A stretch of 64,000 bases of DNA from Raillietiella orientalis (GCA_036172245.1 JAYWIR010000047.1:744001-808000); one strand, 5' to 3'. Shown: positions 49,400 to 63,430, counted from the first letter of the stretch. Translations and numbers: made by a program. The notes: generated from the letters alone by a model not told the origin.

Positions 49400-52330
49400 C
49401 TCAGCTGTTTCTCAATTTCGTTTCGAATCCTCGCCCGGACTTCCATCCGAACGGCGTGCGTTATTTATCATCCCTTTAAGCTTGCTGGTGGAATGATGGT
49501 CTCCCGTGTGATTTTCCGTGTGTGCGCGAACGGCCGTGTGCTGCGAGCAAAAGACAATCGCCAATAATTTATTCTCGCATACTGAAACTCTGTTTTTATC
49601 ATTTGGCATCTCAGATGCGATCTCTGGGACCCGAGTGGATTCAATTTTGGTTCCCGCGCGCGCGTGTTTTCGTTCCTGTTTTTTTGCCTCCGCCCGAAGA
49701 ATTCGATTGTTCGATTGATTTCGCTCGGTACAATAACTCAGTGGAAGTTTCAATGTGGTGCGATCCCGCGTTTATTTCGATGGTGGATGAATGCCCAATA
49801 AATCGGGAATGGGATTCGCTCTCACCGACACCATGATGCATCGTCTGACTGCAGTAAACAGGGGAAGGCGAACGAGAGGTGCGGATTCTCACGATGAATC
49901 AGATTTGTGCGGTTAGGATTCCCTCTCCCTCCTCCCCCCTTAAGCCACCCTCCCCCCCCACTCTCTCTCTCTCTCTCTACTCCCGCCTGCAGACGCGGAC
50001 TGCAAGATCGAGAGAGTGATGTAGGGAGATCGGATCTGAGTGCAGTCAAGGGGCAGCAGCAACCGGCAGGAATCAGTCCCCGGAAACCGTCCGTCCGCCC
50101 TGTCCTGTCGGAAGGAAGGCGCAAGGGATTGCATCCAGCCCAGGGCTGTCGCGGAAGGTCCGGGGTCTTTCCTCATCGTCCCGGCGTGAACACCTCCGTC
50201 TTCAAAGGCACCCCCCGATTCACCTCAGAGCTCCGAGAAGACGATCCCTGAGATAAACAGAGAGCATCGTGACTGGCGCGACAACGTGGAAGAGTCCGTG
50301 ATGTCTCGAGGACCAACGGGATGCTTGAAGGTTTTCCTTTCGAGCCAGGGAGAAAGAGGAAAAGAAGAAAAAAGGGCAGCCATCAGTTTCGTCGTCATGG
50401 CTGCCTTTGTTCTGCCGATTCGTCTTATCCTGGACTTCCTCGAGAAGTCTCCCTCCACTGATCGATTTCGGATAGGATCCCGGGGGATTGCCGGAGCTTG
50501 CGAGCCACGCGCAAGAAGAGGAGAAGACCTCTCCTTTTCAAAGGCTTCCCGCGCCTCTCCGGCGGAAGGTGGGGGTCGACCCTGACGGCGCCCTCGAGAT
50601 CAAGCACTTGGAGGGATGAGGCGCTCTCTCGCCGCCTCCCGCTTCCGCTGCCGGCTTTTCCAAGGAAAGTTTCCCGAATTCACGCCCCAAGGCATCCCAC
50701 CGACGGAGGTCGCCTTCACTCCACCTTTTTTCACGTGAATTTTCGCGGCTTGGCATTTCGGCGGGTGCTACGAGTCCGACCGTTCGGGCCCCACTGGACC
50801 GGCCTTTTTTTCCTCACCGTCGCTTTCTGCATAGCGGATCCACGTCTCCCATCTCAGGTCTCCCGTTCCTTGGAAGAGGGACCTTCTCCCTGGAGCTCGT
50901 GCCAACGTAGGCTGCGCAGCGTCCTCTGCTCGGTTTCGAGTCCGGAGCCCTTCCTCTCCCCTTTTCGCTCTCAGATGGGAAGCAACCCTATTTCCCTTCC
51001 TTCGATAACCTGCTTCTGCTCGCAGCCGGAAGCACGCCACGGTCGACTACCTCAGGCTCCGCGCATTCCTCGCTGCATGTCTCTGCTGGTTTGTCGGTGC
51101 TGCGGCACTCGATGGCGGCGGATTGCTGCGAGGCAGGGGTGAGAGTATGGAGGGGGATCGCCTTTGGAAAAACAAGCCAGTCGCACACCAGAAGCCGACC
51201 CTTCCCTCCCTCTCGGAAGAGGTCGAGCCTCTTCAGCTGTCCGTTTCGACAAGCAGGCCTCGGCGCAGGGACAAGCGATGGACCTCTTCTCCTCGCGCGC
51301 TTCATTCCTCAGGGGAAGAGAGCGATTGGCGGCCGCGTGGCAGCTGCGGTCTCCGCGCTTGGCACCAAGAGTTGCGCGTTCGAATCCCACCCAGGGAAGT
51401 ATTGACGCCGAGAAATGAGGTGTCCGTAGTGGGCTTCCAATCTTCCCCGCAGGATGACATCGGTTGGCCTGTGGACTCCAGATGAGGCACCTTTGGAAGC
51501 TGGATGCAACCGTCGACTGGCCAGGATTGAAAGTGGACCGTCCAGGTCCTTCCAGGAATCAAGGTGGCCCTTCGGGGTTCCTCTTCGGTTGTGCAAATCA
51601 AGCCGTCCCTCCATCCCTCTGAGTGGGACCCTGCATCGCGTACCATGGATCTGGTTGATACTCCCCTCGAGGGTTGCCTCTCCAGAGTGTCAGAAGAGTT
51701 CCGATCAGAAAAATTTGCAGCATCCCTTCGGGATTCTATTCAGAGTAGGATACAAGAAGTGGATTTACTCAGGAGGTCCTTCCGAAGAAGAAACTCCAGG
51801 AGCGAATCCTTTCCGGGTTCCCTTCGGAGAATAAATGAGGAGCGAACCCCTCTGGGGGTCCCTCCAGAGAGAATAAGGAAAAGGTTCCCTTCGGAGTACT
51901 CTTCGCAGACAACTAGGTTAGCCGATCCTGGTTGGCACCCCCAGGGGCGTTTTGCGGCTCCTTTTTGTGCCGGATGTCCTGCAGCCAGCAGCAGCTTAAG
52001 CAGCGCTTTGCTGCAAACGCGTGTTTGCAGCGGCATGGAGCGAACCCGACAGAGTAAGAAGAAACGAGAGGTCCAGTTCGCAGTTCGCTTTCTGCGGATG
52101 GCTGCCAGATGCTCCATCTGGGATCCTATTCGGAAGGACCTTGCTGGTGTCCTGGAAAGGATGCAGACTCCCTTCGGTGGACAGTAATCCCCTCCTGACC
52201 CTCTCAAAGGTTTTTATTCATTCTCTTATTTTATTTTTCTTTTTGTTTTCTCCCATCCCCCTCCACTGTCGAGGTGACCCCCACCAGTCCGCGCACCTCC
52301 GACCCGGCAGATACGTGGACAAACGGAGTG
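49400..52330 (+). mobile_element. Decayed LINE ORF2 with 3' UTR
   Basis: AAISFVVMAAF...FLEK (LDQEKAFD), RLAAAWQLRS (W..RSLS), and a 3' block homologous to 57484-57745. Confidence 0.65.
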
Positions 52331-52349
52331 TGGTGGTACCACGTGGCCC

Positions 52350-53800
52350 TACCACAATGAGTATCTGAGGAAGCGCAAAGCATCAAGGGAATGGAAGTCC
52401 CTCCTTCCGAGTCGCTACCGGGACTTCGAAGCAGAGCTCACCCCACCTGATGCAGATTGGAGCTGATTCAGGAGGCAGGTGACGTCTCCAACTCCTTCCT
52501 TGAGGGTACACCTTCCCGATGCAAAGTGACAACACGACCTGTGCAGCCTCAGTGACTCTTCGCCACTGTCGCGAACGCGGGCGCCGAGGTACGGTGTGCC
52601 CGGGCCCGACGGGCGAGTTTTGCAACTAGCGGGGGCCTAGCAGACCCATTGCAGTTCCAGGAGGACCGCGGAAGCCGAGCTCGTTCCTCGCACGCAGATG
52701 GTTCCGGCTTCGGGAGTGGATGGCGCAGGAGGGCCGCAGCGCCCTGCGAGGAGATCCCAGGCGGACACGGAGTCAACTTCAGGGTAGGGCGTCGGAGGCA
52801 GCGCTCGATCTACAACCCCGAAGTGTTTTTCTTTTCTGTGATGAAGGGTAAAAGGCTTGTTAAGTCTTTAATGATGAAGAATGGTTGAAAAAGGCTGTCG
52901 GTCCTCACTAAGAATGGGACAGGCAAAAAGCAGGGGACAGAGGAGGGGGCCACGGCCAACGTCGCCCACCGCGACCTTAGGGCAAGAGGAACTTCTCTGA
53001 CACCCGGGAACGGGTCGAGCGCCTTTGCAAAGGCCAGACGGCAAAGGCTTCCTCGAGGCAGAAGTCCCCAATGGGACAGCTGGGTGCTCGAAGGGACGGA
53101 GGGAGTCAGCAGAATTTCATCTCCCCCAAGGGATCACGCGCTAAGGAAAAGAAAGAAACAGAACCGTCGACGTTCAGCCGACGGCTCTCTTTCTCAGAGA
53201 AAAAGGAACGCCAGATTTTGTCCCGCGCCCGAAGACGTCTGCAGCCCAGAGCGATTTCCGTCCCGAATCGTCCTGATTGAAGGGGAGGATTGGACCTTGT
53301 GTGCGAGTGCACCTGCCGCACTCCTAAGCGGTCATCTCCGGGAATTTGGCAGGGGAGTCTGCGCCCCAGGGGCATCGCATTGCGGGGTGCCGTTTTCCGG
53401 GGATGGTGAGGGGATGGTTGGCATTCTTCGGGGTGCGTATAGTCTGCTGGGCGAAGTGACGGTCCACGTATCCACTTGAAGCGGACTGGTATCGCCGCCG
53501 CCCTCGGCGACAAGAATGAGGTTCCACAAAGTCCTCCTTCTCCACCCCGCGCGCACGCGACGTCCACAGCCTTAAAGCTCCTTCGGTGCTCGCATCTGGG
53601 GAGAGGCGCCAGTGCAAGGACTGCTGCTGCTGCTGCTGCTGACCTATTGAGGCACCAGTATGCGTCGGGCGCGTCTCCTCGAGCAGCTGGGGGCACACGA
53701 GACCTGCTGGAGTTCTGCTCTGCCTTCCCCTGCCCTGAAATTCAAGGAGCCCCTGGTTGTCCGCAACACGCTCCGCAGGAAAGATTACCGCATTTATCTT
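52350..53800 (+). mobile_element. Decayed LINE RT fragment
   Basis: VPGPDG (about 52600), GAYSLLGEVTVHVS (AYADDVTVFVS) and SATRMRFHK (SGA.LN..K). Confidence 0.55.
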
Positions 53801-53999
53801 TATTTATTTAAAGAATATCCGGAAATAACGTCTCTCGACCGTGGGCCATTTAAATGTAAAAAGTTGGCCCGCCCTTTTCCCACTGAACTGGTTAAAACAA
53901 TCCCTTGCACAGTGACCCTTTCGTGACATCCATCCATCCTCGCCAAAATATACTCTGCATGTACGGGTAAAGTACGTAATGGTACACCGGTCCGTTGCA

Positions 54000-56900
54000 T
54001 GGCGCCTGGCGTCAATCAACGGCACTTTCACCTTCGGATAACCCCAGGCGAATGCCGGCGCGCGCCCTCCTGCAAGCCCCGCGGAGTGCGAAAAGTGGAT
54101 GCCCACAGAATGCGCGCATGGAACTTCCTCGTGGTCGGAAGAAACGCGCGAAAAGCGCAGGATCTCCGGGGGGCGGGAAGGTTGGGGTCCGATCAGGGTG
54201 TCTGCGGTTCGCGCTGCTGCTCTGGGGGTGAGGGCTGGGAAGTCGCTGCAGGGTTTTCCTCTGAGGGGAGCGCTGGTCCCCTTCAGAGGAAGGAGGAAAG
54301 GGGTGGGGGAAACAACTCCCTCGCGACTTGGGGGGAGACGGCGGAAGGGGTCCTCCAGGTGGACGTCTCGCCCACCCCCGCTTTCGTCTCGCGGCCCCGC
54401 GGATAAGCAATCGCAAATTCGCATCTCCCTGGGCTTGTCGGTGGCGGCATTCTCGAGCCATTGCCACCGAAAGGAGGGCAGCATGTGGCCATTCCCTGGG
54501 GTGATGTCCCGCCCTCATGCCGAGAGCACTGGAATGGTTCGACCCGGGGTGGGAAGTGACAAGGCAGCCTCAAGGCAGTTGCGGCAGGACCTTCGAGCAA
54601 TCGGCAACAGCACCAGCACCTTCTCGCGCCTCCTTCCCCTTCCTTTCCCTTAACAGAAGGGAGACCGGCGGCTCCACCGATCAGAGATGACGTCACTGAG
54701 TGACGAATCCGCAGGCCGGTCTCGCGTCGGCGACTCCTTCATCTCCGGCATTCGCACCTTCCGCGGGGCTACCTGCTGCGCCACCCTTCGGGAACACCTC
54801 GCGGAAGGAGCTCCCTCAGGACTCCCAGAAGATTTTCAAGGGCTCCGTCTTGCTCTGGGGAGGCCAATCCCTAGGCTGCTTGCCTGCCCCTGTCGAGGAC
54901 GGATCCGGGAACCGGACTGCCACCGAGGTCCTCCGGGAGGCAGTCCACGTCGTTCGCGGTCCGCTCTGGAACCTTTGCGCAGCGGGGAAAGCGACCACCT
55001 GTCCTTAGGGGAGGGGTCGTGGGGCCTAGACGCCTCCTTCTTCAGCTGCTGGCTTTGACATGCCGTGATCGGGGATGGCAGCCAGGACCGCGCCTTGTTC
55101 CTCCTGGGAGTGGAGGCGCACTCGTCGAGGAGCGGGCTGCCACCCCGAGGGAAGTAGGAAGGCCAACCTTCTGGGAAGCGGGTTGCGCCCGGCAGCGACC
55201 CCTCTGCCCTACCGCGGCAACGGAGGACCAGCGGATGCAGGAAGTGGAGTTGTCGCAGAGACGGGGAGGAGCGCGCGCGCGCCAAGGGAAGGTGGAAGGC
55301 ATTGGGAGCACTCAAGACGGATGCCCCAAGGGAGTCCCTGGCAGACTCAGCATCGCTGCTTCAGTGTCTGCTCTCCATGTCTACCTTCTGTCTTTCAGCG
55401 AAATTCACGCACTCCAGCGCGAGTATCGCAGTTCCCGACGCCCTCTTCGCTCCCCCCCCTTCCTCTCGCGCAAATAATCCCTTCCATCACCTCTACGAGG
55501 GCCCTTCGGACTCCTCGTGCCGACCTCGCAGTGTGTACGCTGGGGAGGCGCCCGCGGTGGCGACGCGCCCTTCGCGGCCTCGTCCTTGCAAGGCCGTGGC
55601 TTCCGTGCGCTCCGACAGACGGTGCTAAGGCGAAGGGAGGGAAGGGAGAGGGAGGAGGAGGGGGGGGTCAGTCGACCGCGTGCAGTGGTCAGAGGAGGTG
55701 GCACTGGTCAGAGAGACTGGAACAGGCGGTGGACTAGGCCGCTGAACTGGATGGAATCCGACGCCATCGAAGAACCAGTTATCCTTCTGCTGCTGGCGCT
55801 ACTTCTAGGAAGGTTGGTGGCGCCACCGGGCTCTCGCCTTCTCACTTGGCTCCTGACGGCTGCCGCGGGCGACGGCGGCGGGAGAGTCACGGCCGAGGTC
55901 TCCTTGAGCCGGTCGCTCCGCGCGCTCTCGGTCGTCAGGGTCACTTCGAAGCGCGGTGCTGCCGCCGCTGGCGGCGCTCGCTCGCTCCTCAAGCGGAGAG
56001 GGCTGTGACGTCACGCGAGCCTCTTCGCCGGTCAGCTGAGCAGTCTTCGCGCGCGCCCGCTCTTTCCGCGCACAGGAGTGGGAAGAGGAGCTACCCATCT
56101 CCCGGAAGAGCCGAGAGGCGAGAGGCTCTCCCCGTCACCCTCCTGCGACCTGGGAGCCTCTCCCAACATCCTGGAGGATGTGTGAGCAGCATCCGTAGGT
56201 TAAATCCCTCTTTCCCGCTCCGGCGACGTGGACGGATGAACCACTTCAGCCGACCTAGTGCAGGAGGGACGCTTCTGAGGCTCCATTGGAGTGGTCTCCA
56301 GACGCTGCTGCCCCGTTCGCGCGGTGCCGCGCGGCGTTCGGTGGGTTCCCATCCGCCTCTGGGGGGCGTCACCTTGACAACGCCATCGGGGGACGCGATC
56401 ACCTCGTCTCGCCGTCATAGTAGTGAGGTGCACTGCTTTCTGGCCCCGCCGGCCCTCCTGCCCGGTGCAGGGGGGTGAGAGCCGACCTTGTGAATCCTGT
56501 CCGCGCCCATCCCACAGCCCCTTTGCTCCTGGAAAAGAAAGCTTCGAGAATGAGGTACATCGCACTTCCGGTTTGCCTTCCCGCTCGCCCCTTTTCCCTC
56601 CCAGCTCGGGGACGCACGGGTAGGCGTTTCTATTCCTCTCTCTACGCAAAGGCACACTACGAGCGCGATGCTGCAGCCAGGCCGTCCTCACCGCGAACTG
56701 GAAGGCCTGGCTGCAAGAGTCAGTGTTGGCATGGAGAAAAATTAACGGCACTGGAGAGGCAGAGTACAACTGCCTACGGAACAGCAGATACGCTTGCCAG
56801 CCGCTGAAGGAGATCCTGGGGAACACCAGGACTCTGCTGTGGGCCTCCTTTAACCCCCTCGCCCCAGTACTGTCCTCCCTAAGGGGAGCAATGGACAGAC

Positions 56901-57750
56901 ACCTGCCAGCGAGGTGGAAAGTGACCTGCTCGATAAGGAGCAGGAAAAAGCATCCGGGTGCATGGAGAACTCGGCAGCTGGCGGACGCCGCGACTCCGAG
57001 TGTCCCACCAAAAGGGCTGCTACGCTGGGGAGAGCTACTACAAATTTCTCTGGAGGAAGTGTAGTGGTCCCCAGCGTGTTGGAACAATGCTATCCTCCCC
57101 CTAAAGTGGCAGAATTCGGCGATCCTGCTGTTGCATTGGTCTCCTGTACAATCCCCGTCGACACCATTGGACCCGGGGGAGTGTAAGCCCGAACTGCGGC
57201 AGGCGCGGCGAGAGAGAGTTCCTCCCACACCTGCTCATGGAGTGTGTTGCCCTCCGCCCCATGTGGGAACGCTTCGCCGCATCCCTGCGAAACCCCGAGG
57301 GCAACCCCAGAGATGTTTTGAAGCGCCTCTTCTTGAGCGAGGTCCTCACGCCGGCCGCTTCCCTAGCAGCACTTTGCTGCCCACGCAGCGGGACCGTGGC
57401 TGCATGGAGTAGCAACGCCAGAGAAGGTCAGAACGACAGGGACGCCATTACTTTGCTGTCCTCTTCATGAGGACAACGTCAAGATGGCCCCATCTGGGAG
57501 CCTTGAAACAGGAACTTCTCGGCATCCTGCCAAGGATGCAGAGGACGCCCTCCAGCACACAGTGATCCCTTTACGACCCCCAAATTTGTTTGTCTTTTTT
57601 TTTCTTTTTGCTTGTCTTCCCTACCCCTCCGCTGCCCTGGTGAGACTCACCGGTTCTCGGCAGGTTCTTTCTGTACATTTTGTACCGTGGCAGGATCACG
57701 CCTCTTGCCACTGACGTCTAAGTTTTATTTTTAATAAATAAACGCCCCGG
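54000..57750 (+). mobile_element. Decayed LINE: EN remnant followed by C-terminal region and 3' UTR (may be two elements)
   Basis: SDHLSLGEGSWGLDASFF (SDH...G.G.WKLN.SLL) at about 54990-55040; PNCGRRGEREFLPHLLMEC at about 57190-57245; T-rich 3' UTR ending in aataaataaa at about 57733-57742. Confidence 0.6.
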
Positions 57751-57759
57751 CGTCATCGA

Positions 57760-58170
57760 TGTCAATGCAGCTCGGGGGCGCGCGCGATGCGAGGCCCCGG
57801 CCCTCTCAACCCCCCCCTTCTGGCTGTTGCATGCTGCTCTGTTGGTGTCGAGTCGAGCAAGGGACTCCGGGCCATGAAGGGAGGCGGGGGTTGGAGCAGA
57901 TCCCTGCGCAGGACACCGGCGCGTCATCCTCCCGACTCGAGGGGCTGTATGGGGAAAGGCCCTTGTTCGAGAGGGGGGCAGAAGGGGGAGCGAGCTCACG
58001 AGAAGGCGCCAAGGCCATCTTGGCCCACGCCCGGATATGCCGGTCTCGAGACCGGAGACACTCAGCGCCCCTTCCTCCTCCTCTTTCTCCCTTCTTCCGT
58101 CTCCCTCTCCCTCTCTTTTTCCTCTTCCTGTTCGCTTCGTACGAAGTCCCAAGGGGCTCCTGAGTCCCGT
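57760..58170 (+). mobile_element. Short LINE 3'-end fragment
   Basis: LLAVACCSVGVESS resembles VIATVCCTRAIDK of the next copy; followed by a pyrimidine-rich UTR-like tract. Confidence 0.35.
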
Positions 58171-58905
58171 GGCTGAAGCCGGAACGGTGGGCAGTGATCA
58201 CCGTCCACAGTGGACGACGCTTGTGGTCCCTCCCTCCTGTTTGAACACTTCTGTGTTCCCTCTGAACTGGAAACAGGACGTCATCTTGCTGATGCATTGG
58301 GGCTTCCATTGCAACCAGAGCACGAACCGTGTTTCCGGGGGAGTTGTCTTCCCTAACTGTAAAAGTTGCGGAGCAGCAGAAACGCTCCCGCACCTTCTCT
58401 TCGACTGCGGTGGTCTCCAAGGACTGTGACAGAGGCTGGCCTCAGCTCTCCAGCACCAGGGGGACACCGCAAGAGACTTGATGCCCCTCTTCTTCACGCC
58501 AGGCGGCCTGTCTTTAGGTGCTGTAATCGCAACGGTCTGTTGCACCCGCGCCATCGACAAGGCCCACCGAGAGTTGGAGAAGCTGACCATTCTTCGTCAG
58601 CCCACCGGAATAGCCAGCGTGAACATGTTGTCGGCTTCCGAGTGGGCCCATCTACCAGGAGGCGTTAGGAGCGAGATCGCCGGCATCCATAGCCGGTTCT
58701 GAAAGACTGGAACGGCCGCACCAAAGACCCCTGTCCCCTACCCTCCCCATATCTTTATTTTTATTTTTTATATGTGTATTCGTGGTCCCCTCCCTCCCGT
58801 TCCGGACTTTCGGTTTACCCACCTGCGTGTCGGGAATCCTTCCATTCGTTTTTCTGTTTCCTTTATCCGGGAACTCTGTTCCCAGATAGTTTAGCAATAA
58901 ATGCC
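58170..58905 (+). mobile_element. Best-preserved LINE 3' end with zf-RVT-like motif
   Basis: PNCKSCGAAETLPHLLFDC fits the CxxC...ETxxHLxxxC motif of L1-clade ORF2. The frame continues past one stop to 58702, then a T-rich UTR and aataaa near 58896. Confidence 0.8.
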
Positions 58906-58949
58906 TCAGCGCACCCGGGTGAGAAACAGTGGACGACGCAGGTCGGCCG

Positions 58950-61900
58950 CTGCCCTGAAGCGGAGCTTGCCTCCGGTACCGCTTGGGGCCCGTCGAGAGC
59001 GGGGGAAGGACGCAAACGGTAGGGCGCGCAGAGGTTGCGCGGCCTCCTCGACTCGGCCGACTCTCGCGCAAGACGACGAGGTGGGAAGTCGAGGGAGTCT
59101 CCGGGTCCAGCAGCTGGCAATCGGCTGCTCCCGGTATCATCTCCAGCGTCCGACGCTTTCCCTGTTCCCATGTTTGGAAGGCAGCGCAAGACCACTGACC
59201 CCACATGCAGCGACCCTTGCTTACGGTAACCAGGTCTTTCCTTCCTGCTGTCCTCCCCTTGGGTCGTCTGTTCGCCCTACCCCCGCTCCTTCGTCCACGA
59301 ACCACAACCGACATGCGCGACCTCTGCCGAGCGACCACTTCTCCCACGTCCCTTCGTCGCCGCGGTCGGGCTCGCGGAATGTGGGATGCCGGAGGGCCGC
59401 GTCATCCTCCGCCGATCCCGCACTGGCACCCCACGATAGACCTCCTGCGGGGACCCATAAAGACTCAAAAGGGCTCAGAGGCAGCAAAACATGGTGCAAG
59501 GGAGCACCCTAGCGGTGGAGTCCTTGGGACACGCGATGTGCGGCGACGGACCCGGAGATGGCGCCGGAGGCGAAGCGAAGCGGGGAGTAGCGCCATCTCC
59601 AGGTCTGAGCGCGTGGGCCAGAGTTCGGGGCTGGGCCCCGAGGCTAGGAGGTAGGGCGCGCGAGCCTACAAGGGCACCTGACCTTGGAACCCTATAGCAG
59701 GAAGGAACGCCGATCGCAAGGCGGGCTCTTCCAGGACGGAGGAGCCACTGAGCGAAGGGGGCATGCGAGCGGAAGGGAGGGAAGGAGGCGGCTACTTCGA
59801 CAAGAGGGGAAGAGAAGGAACGGTCGTTCCCGTGGTTCCAACGCTGAACAGGGAAGAGCGAAGAGTCCTTCGTCGGACTCTGGGGAAGGAACGGTCTGCA
59901 GCAGGGAGTCGCCACAGAGCCAACACGTGGGTGACTAGTCGGAAAAACTTGAAAGCGCTTGACAATCGTGCGAGAGTACGTGCACACGAGGGTGCCGTGT
60001 GGCGCACGCGTCCGCCTTGGAGCCACGGCGCCAGCGCTCGCAGCGGCGCAGCCCACAAGCAAAAAACGTCGCAGCCTCCTCCGCATGCGTGCGCCGCGTG
60101 CGGGGAGCTCCATGGCTACGCGCGTGTAGACGACACTGCGGAGGGGTTCGCCGAAGGGTGGAGTCTTCCTTTAGGTCCAGCCTCAAAGTTCAAGTGAAGG
60201 ACGCTGGACCTCCCAGTGTCCCAGTGGGAGCGATCGATGGAATGTTCGCCAGATGGTGGATAGGCAATCTTGGGGAGGGAGGGGGTCTCAAGGGGGGACC
60301 TGCCGAGCGGAGCGACCCCGCTGCGTCTGAGGCAAGAACGCCGCCGCCCGTTCAGCAACGACAGTCGAGAGCGCGACGCAAGAGCCGTGCAACCCGTTGT
60401 TGTGGAGCGAGGCTCCCCGGACGTGAGTATCGCAGCCACGCTTGGGGACCGACGCCACCAATGACCAGGGAGCCACCACCACCTGACCCTCCGTGAAGGA
60501 AGGATTCCCGCAATTGAGTGGTGGAGCGGTTGGCGGTTACGCGCGCAGTCGAGGATCGGCGAGTCGGCGCGAAGTGGGGCGGGAGCACCACGGCTAGGAG
60601 TGTTGCCGTGAAGACCAGCCCGGAGACATGGGAAAGGCAGGAACGCGGACGAGGAGCACTAGGACTGTCCGGGATTGGGTAAAGGCAGGCAGGAGATGAA
60701 GCCGCGGGCGTCATTGGGACTTCCAGGGTGCTCACTGCTAGGTGAAGGTCTCCTGCTTGTTGCTGATGGTCGCCCTTCCCCCGTCACAACTACCTCCGAC
60801 TGTTCCCCCTCCCGCTGGTGCGGGGCGCTCGCTGCCAACGCCGCCGCGGGAGCTCGGGACGGCGGCGAGGAAGTTCTTCTAGGCCAGAGGTGTCGTCGCG
60901 GCCGATTTCTCCCAGGAGATCGGAGGCGGGAAATGGCCGCCAGGAAGCGGAGCGCCAGAGGGACATGGAGATGGTACGGAGGGAACCGCTCGGGATTGTC
61001 GCCTAATTCCTTCGAGCTGAAGGACCTCCTGGAGCAAGAAGCAGGGTGGCCGGGAGAGAGAGGAAGACCTTCCAGGGGAGCGGCTTCTGTTGCACACGGG
61101 TTGCCTCCGGAGAGCCCAAGGAACCGCGTAGTGGCATCATCATCATCAGCAAGGAAGGGCAGCCCAGAAGAGACGCGAAGCACTGCGGAAGGCGGCGGCA
61201 GGAATGGGGACTGTCGAGGATATCCGATGGAGGGCGTTCCGGAAAGAGCACTGCCATCCTTCTTGTGGCTTTGGTAGCTCTGCTGGACGTCCGTCCGACC
61301 CTCCGCGAGCTGCAGGAACCGCTTCTGCCTCGAGGCTTTGCATCGACCACGGGCGGCAGAGCAGCGCCCCCAAGGGCGGAGCGACGCAAGTAGAACGGAG
61401 GGGCTCCCACCGTGGCTTGCGATGGAAATCGCAGTCGCGGGCTTCCACCTCGGTGGCACGGGATTCGCAGCCTTTGTGGCCAGCGGCAGCCACTGGGCGA
61501 AGCCAGGAGCGCTTTCGGTGGACATTTACGTTGTGGCGAATGCCGCCAGGGGCACAGTCACATCCATCTAAAGCATTCCAGATCTAGCGGTCACGGATCT
61601 AGCGGCCTCTGGAGGAAGAAGCGCTCGTGGCAGTCGCGACTTCGTGAGATTTCCCTCCGTCGGAGTCGGGAAGTGGGAGAATAGTGCCTGGACCACTCCG
61701 TACGCAAATCGTCCATGTGCACGCTGCGAGTCGCTCGCCGGAGGCCATTGACGTGGGGGTGGAAGGGGCGGGACGCGGAACACGACGACCACGGTCCTGA
61801 ATTCGCTAGCAAACGGGACTGGACGATGCGAGCGCGCTCGCGCATGCAACGCAGCGAGTGGGACTGGTTGCCACGCAACGCCGCGCCGCGCGCGCCCTTT

Positions 61901-62250
61901 GCCCTAGCTCCTTCTTGAGGTGCAAGGGCCGTCGAAGGTCCCACCCCTCTTCGATGGCCGTTCTCGCGGGTGCCCGGAACAGCGACGAACTGCTCCCGAC
62001 GGCGAAGAGGGTTGGGCGAAATGGACGAAGAGCCTGGAGGATTTCACCAGGAGTGAACGCAGCAGCTCTGGCAAGGAGATTGCCGGTCCAGGCTTTGGAG
62101 GAGATTCTTGCCCCGGCCCTGAAGCGCGCCAGTGACCTCTCAGCAACGACATCCCGCGGGCGGGCGACCGCGGCGGAGAATGCGCAACGAGGGAAGGCAC
62201 CTGGAAGCACCCTCCCATGAGCATGCCCCGAAAACGCGCGCGGGTGCCCC
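58950..62250 (+). mobile_element. Decayed LINE ORF2 (EN end, RT, C-terminus)
   Basis: PTIDLL (RIDY), LVADGRPS...SDCSPS (VNG...QGCPLS), RGTWRWYGG, TTGGRAAP and GLVATQRRAARALCPSSFLRC are colinear. Confidence 0.55.
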
Positions 62251-62299
62251 CTGCTATGCCCGAGGGGTCGAGAACTCGCGCGTCCATCCCCTGAGGGAG

Positions 62300-63430
62300 T
62301 GGAAAGGAGGGCATGGCAGAGGACGGGAGCCGGGCAGCGACGACTGGGGCGGTCATGTCACACAGCCAGCCCCTTGCGGCGTCCACCCCTCCGCTTCCTC
62401 CGAGGGGGCCAGGGTTTTTCGACTTCCGGACGCCCATCGGCGGAGGAAGCGGAAGCCAACCAGGAGGCGCTGTGGGGACGGAGTCGGCGTCCCTGGGCGC
62501 CCGTAGCCACAGGCGACCTCCCTCCGCGCGTCGAACGCGATCACCTGGTCTCCGGAAATGGACGCTTCTGGGGCCCCTACTGGTTCCCGAGGGCGCTCGC
62601 TGAAAGAGGCTTCTTCCTCGCCACTGAGACGCGTGCCGGCCTCCATCCCCGCCGCCAGCACCCGCACCTCGACCGGTCGGGGGTGGGCGCAGCGCAGGAA
62701 TGCCGCCCAGCGAGCCTGGGGAGGGCCTGCGGCGCGGCGGAGGGCGAGGGTCGTCACGGGAGGGGGCAGCGGCCTTGCGATGCAGTGGTCAGGCGATGCC
62801 CACAGAGGGAAGCGCCAGAAGCTGGGAGCTCGGAGAGAGGAGACTGAGAAACGGACGGGGACGTGGGTTTCACCTGAAGAAGGGAATGAAGCCTCCAAGG
62901 CTCAGCAGGGGAGGATCCGGCGCGACTGCCCTCGGGCGCGTCGGTACACGATTCTCTGAGTCCCGCAGCAGGGGACAGGGTGCGTGGACGGTAGACGGGC
63001 GCAAGACGGCGCGCGAATCGGCGCGATCCCTGGCGACTTCCGAGACAAGGCGCTCCGGAACCGCTTGGCCCTTCGCAGTCGTCTGCTCCTCCGCAGGGGG
63101 GAAGGGGCACCTGCCCCTCAGGGAAGACCCTCTCGTGCTTCCCGAGTTCCCTTCCCCCACGCAGAACGGCTCGTTGCCTTCCCCTTCTGGAACAAAGATA
63201 CCCAAAAACGGGACAGTAAATGAACCAACTGGTATCGCACTCGCCCCTTTCAACCCCACCTTTCCATCCTTTACCCGCATCCCTTTCTCAGCGACAGTGG
63301 GTTGTGCGGAAAGACCAAGGGGGTCAAGAATGCCTCGAAGGCCGGGACACAGGAGCTCAAGGGGACGCAGGCACGCCTGGGGTCCTTGTGGTCGCAGTTG
63401 ACCGACAGAAGACTTTCGATTTTCACCCGG
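62300..63430 (-). mobile_element. Decayed LINE RT fragment
   Basis: LLSVNCDHKD (LLN.DYKI) and EGEGNEPFCVGEG...RGRCPFPP (NG..SEPF.V..GVRQGCPLSP). Confidence 0.55.

Noticed and set aside
51325..51395. tRNA/SINE-like segment with GTTCGAATCCC B-box
   Set aside because: No complete cloverleaf (no anticodon loop, no acceptor-stem pairing), and the same bases encode the LINE W..RSLS-like motif in the expected position.
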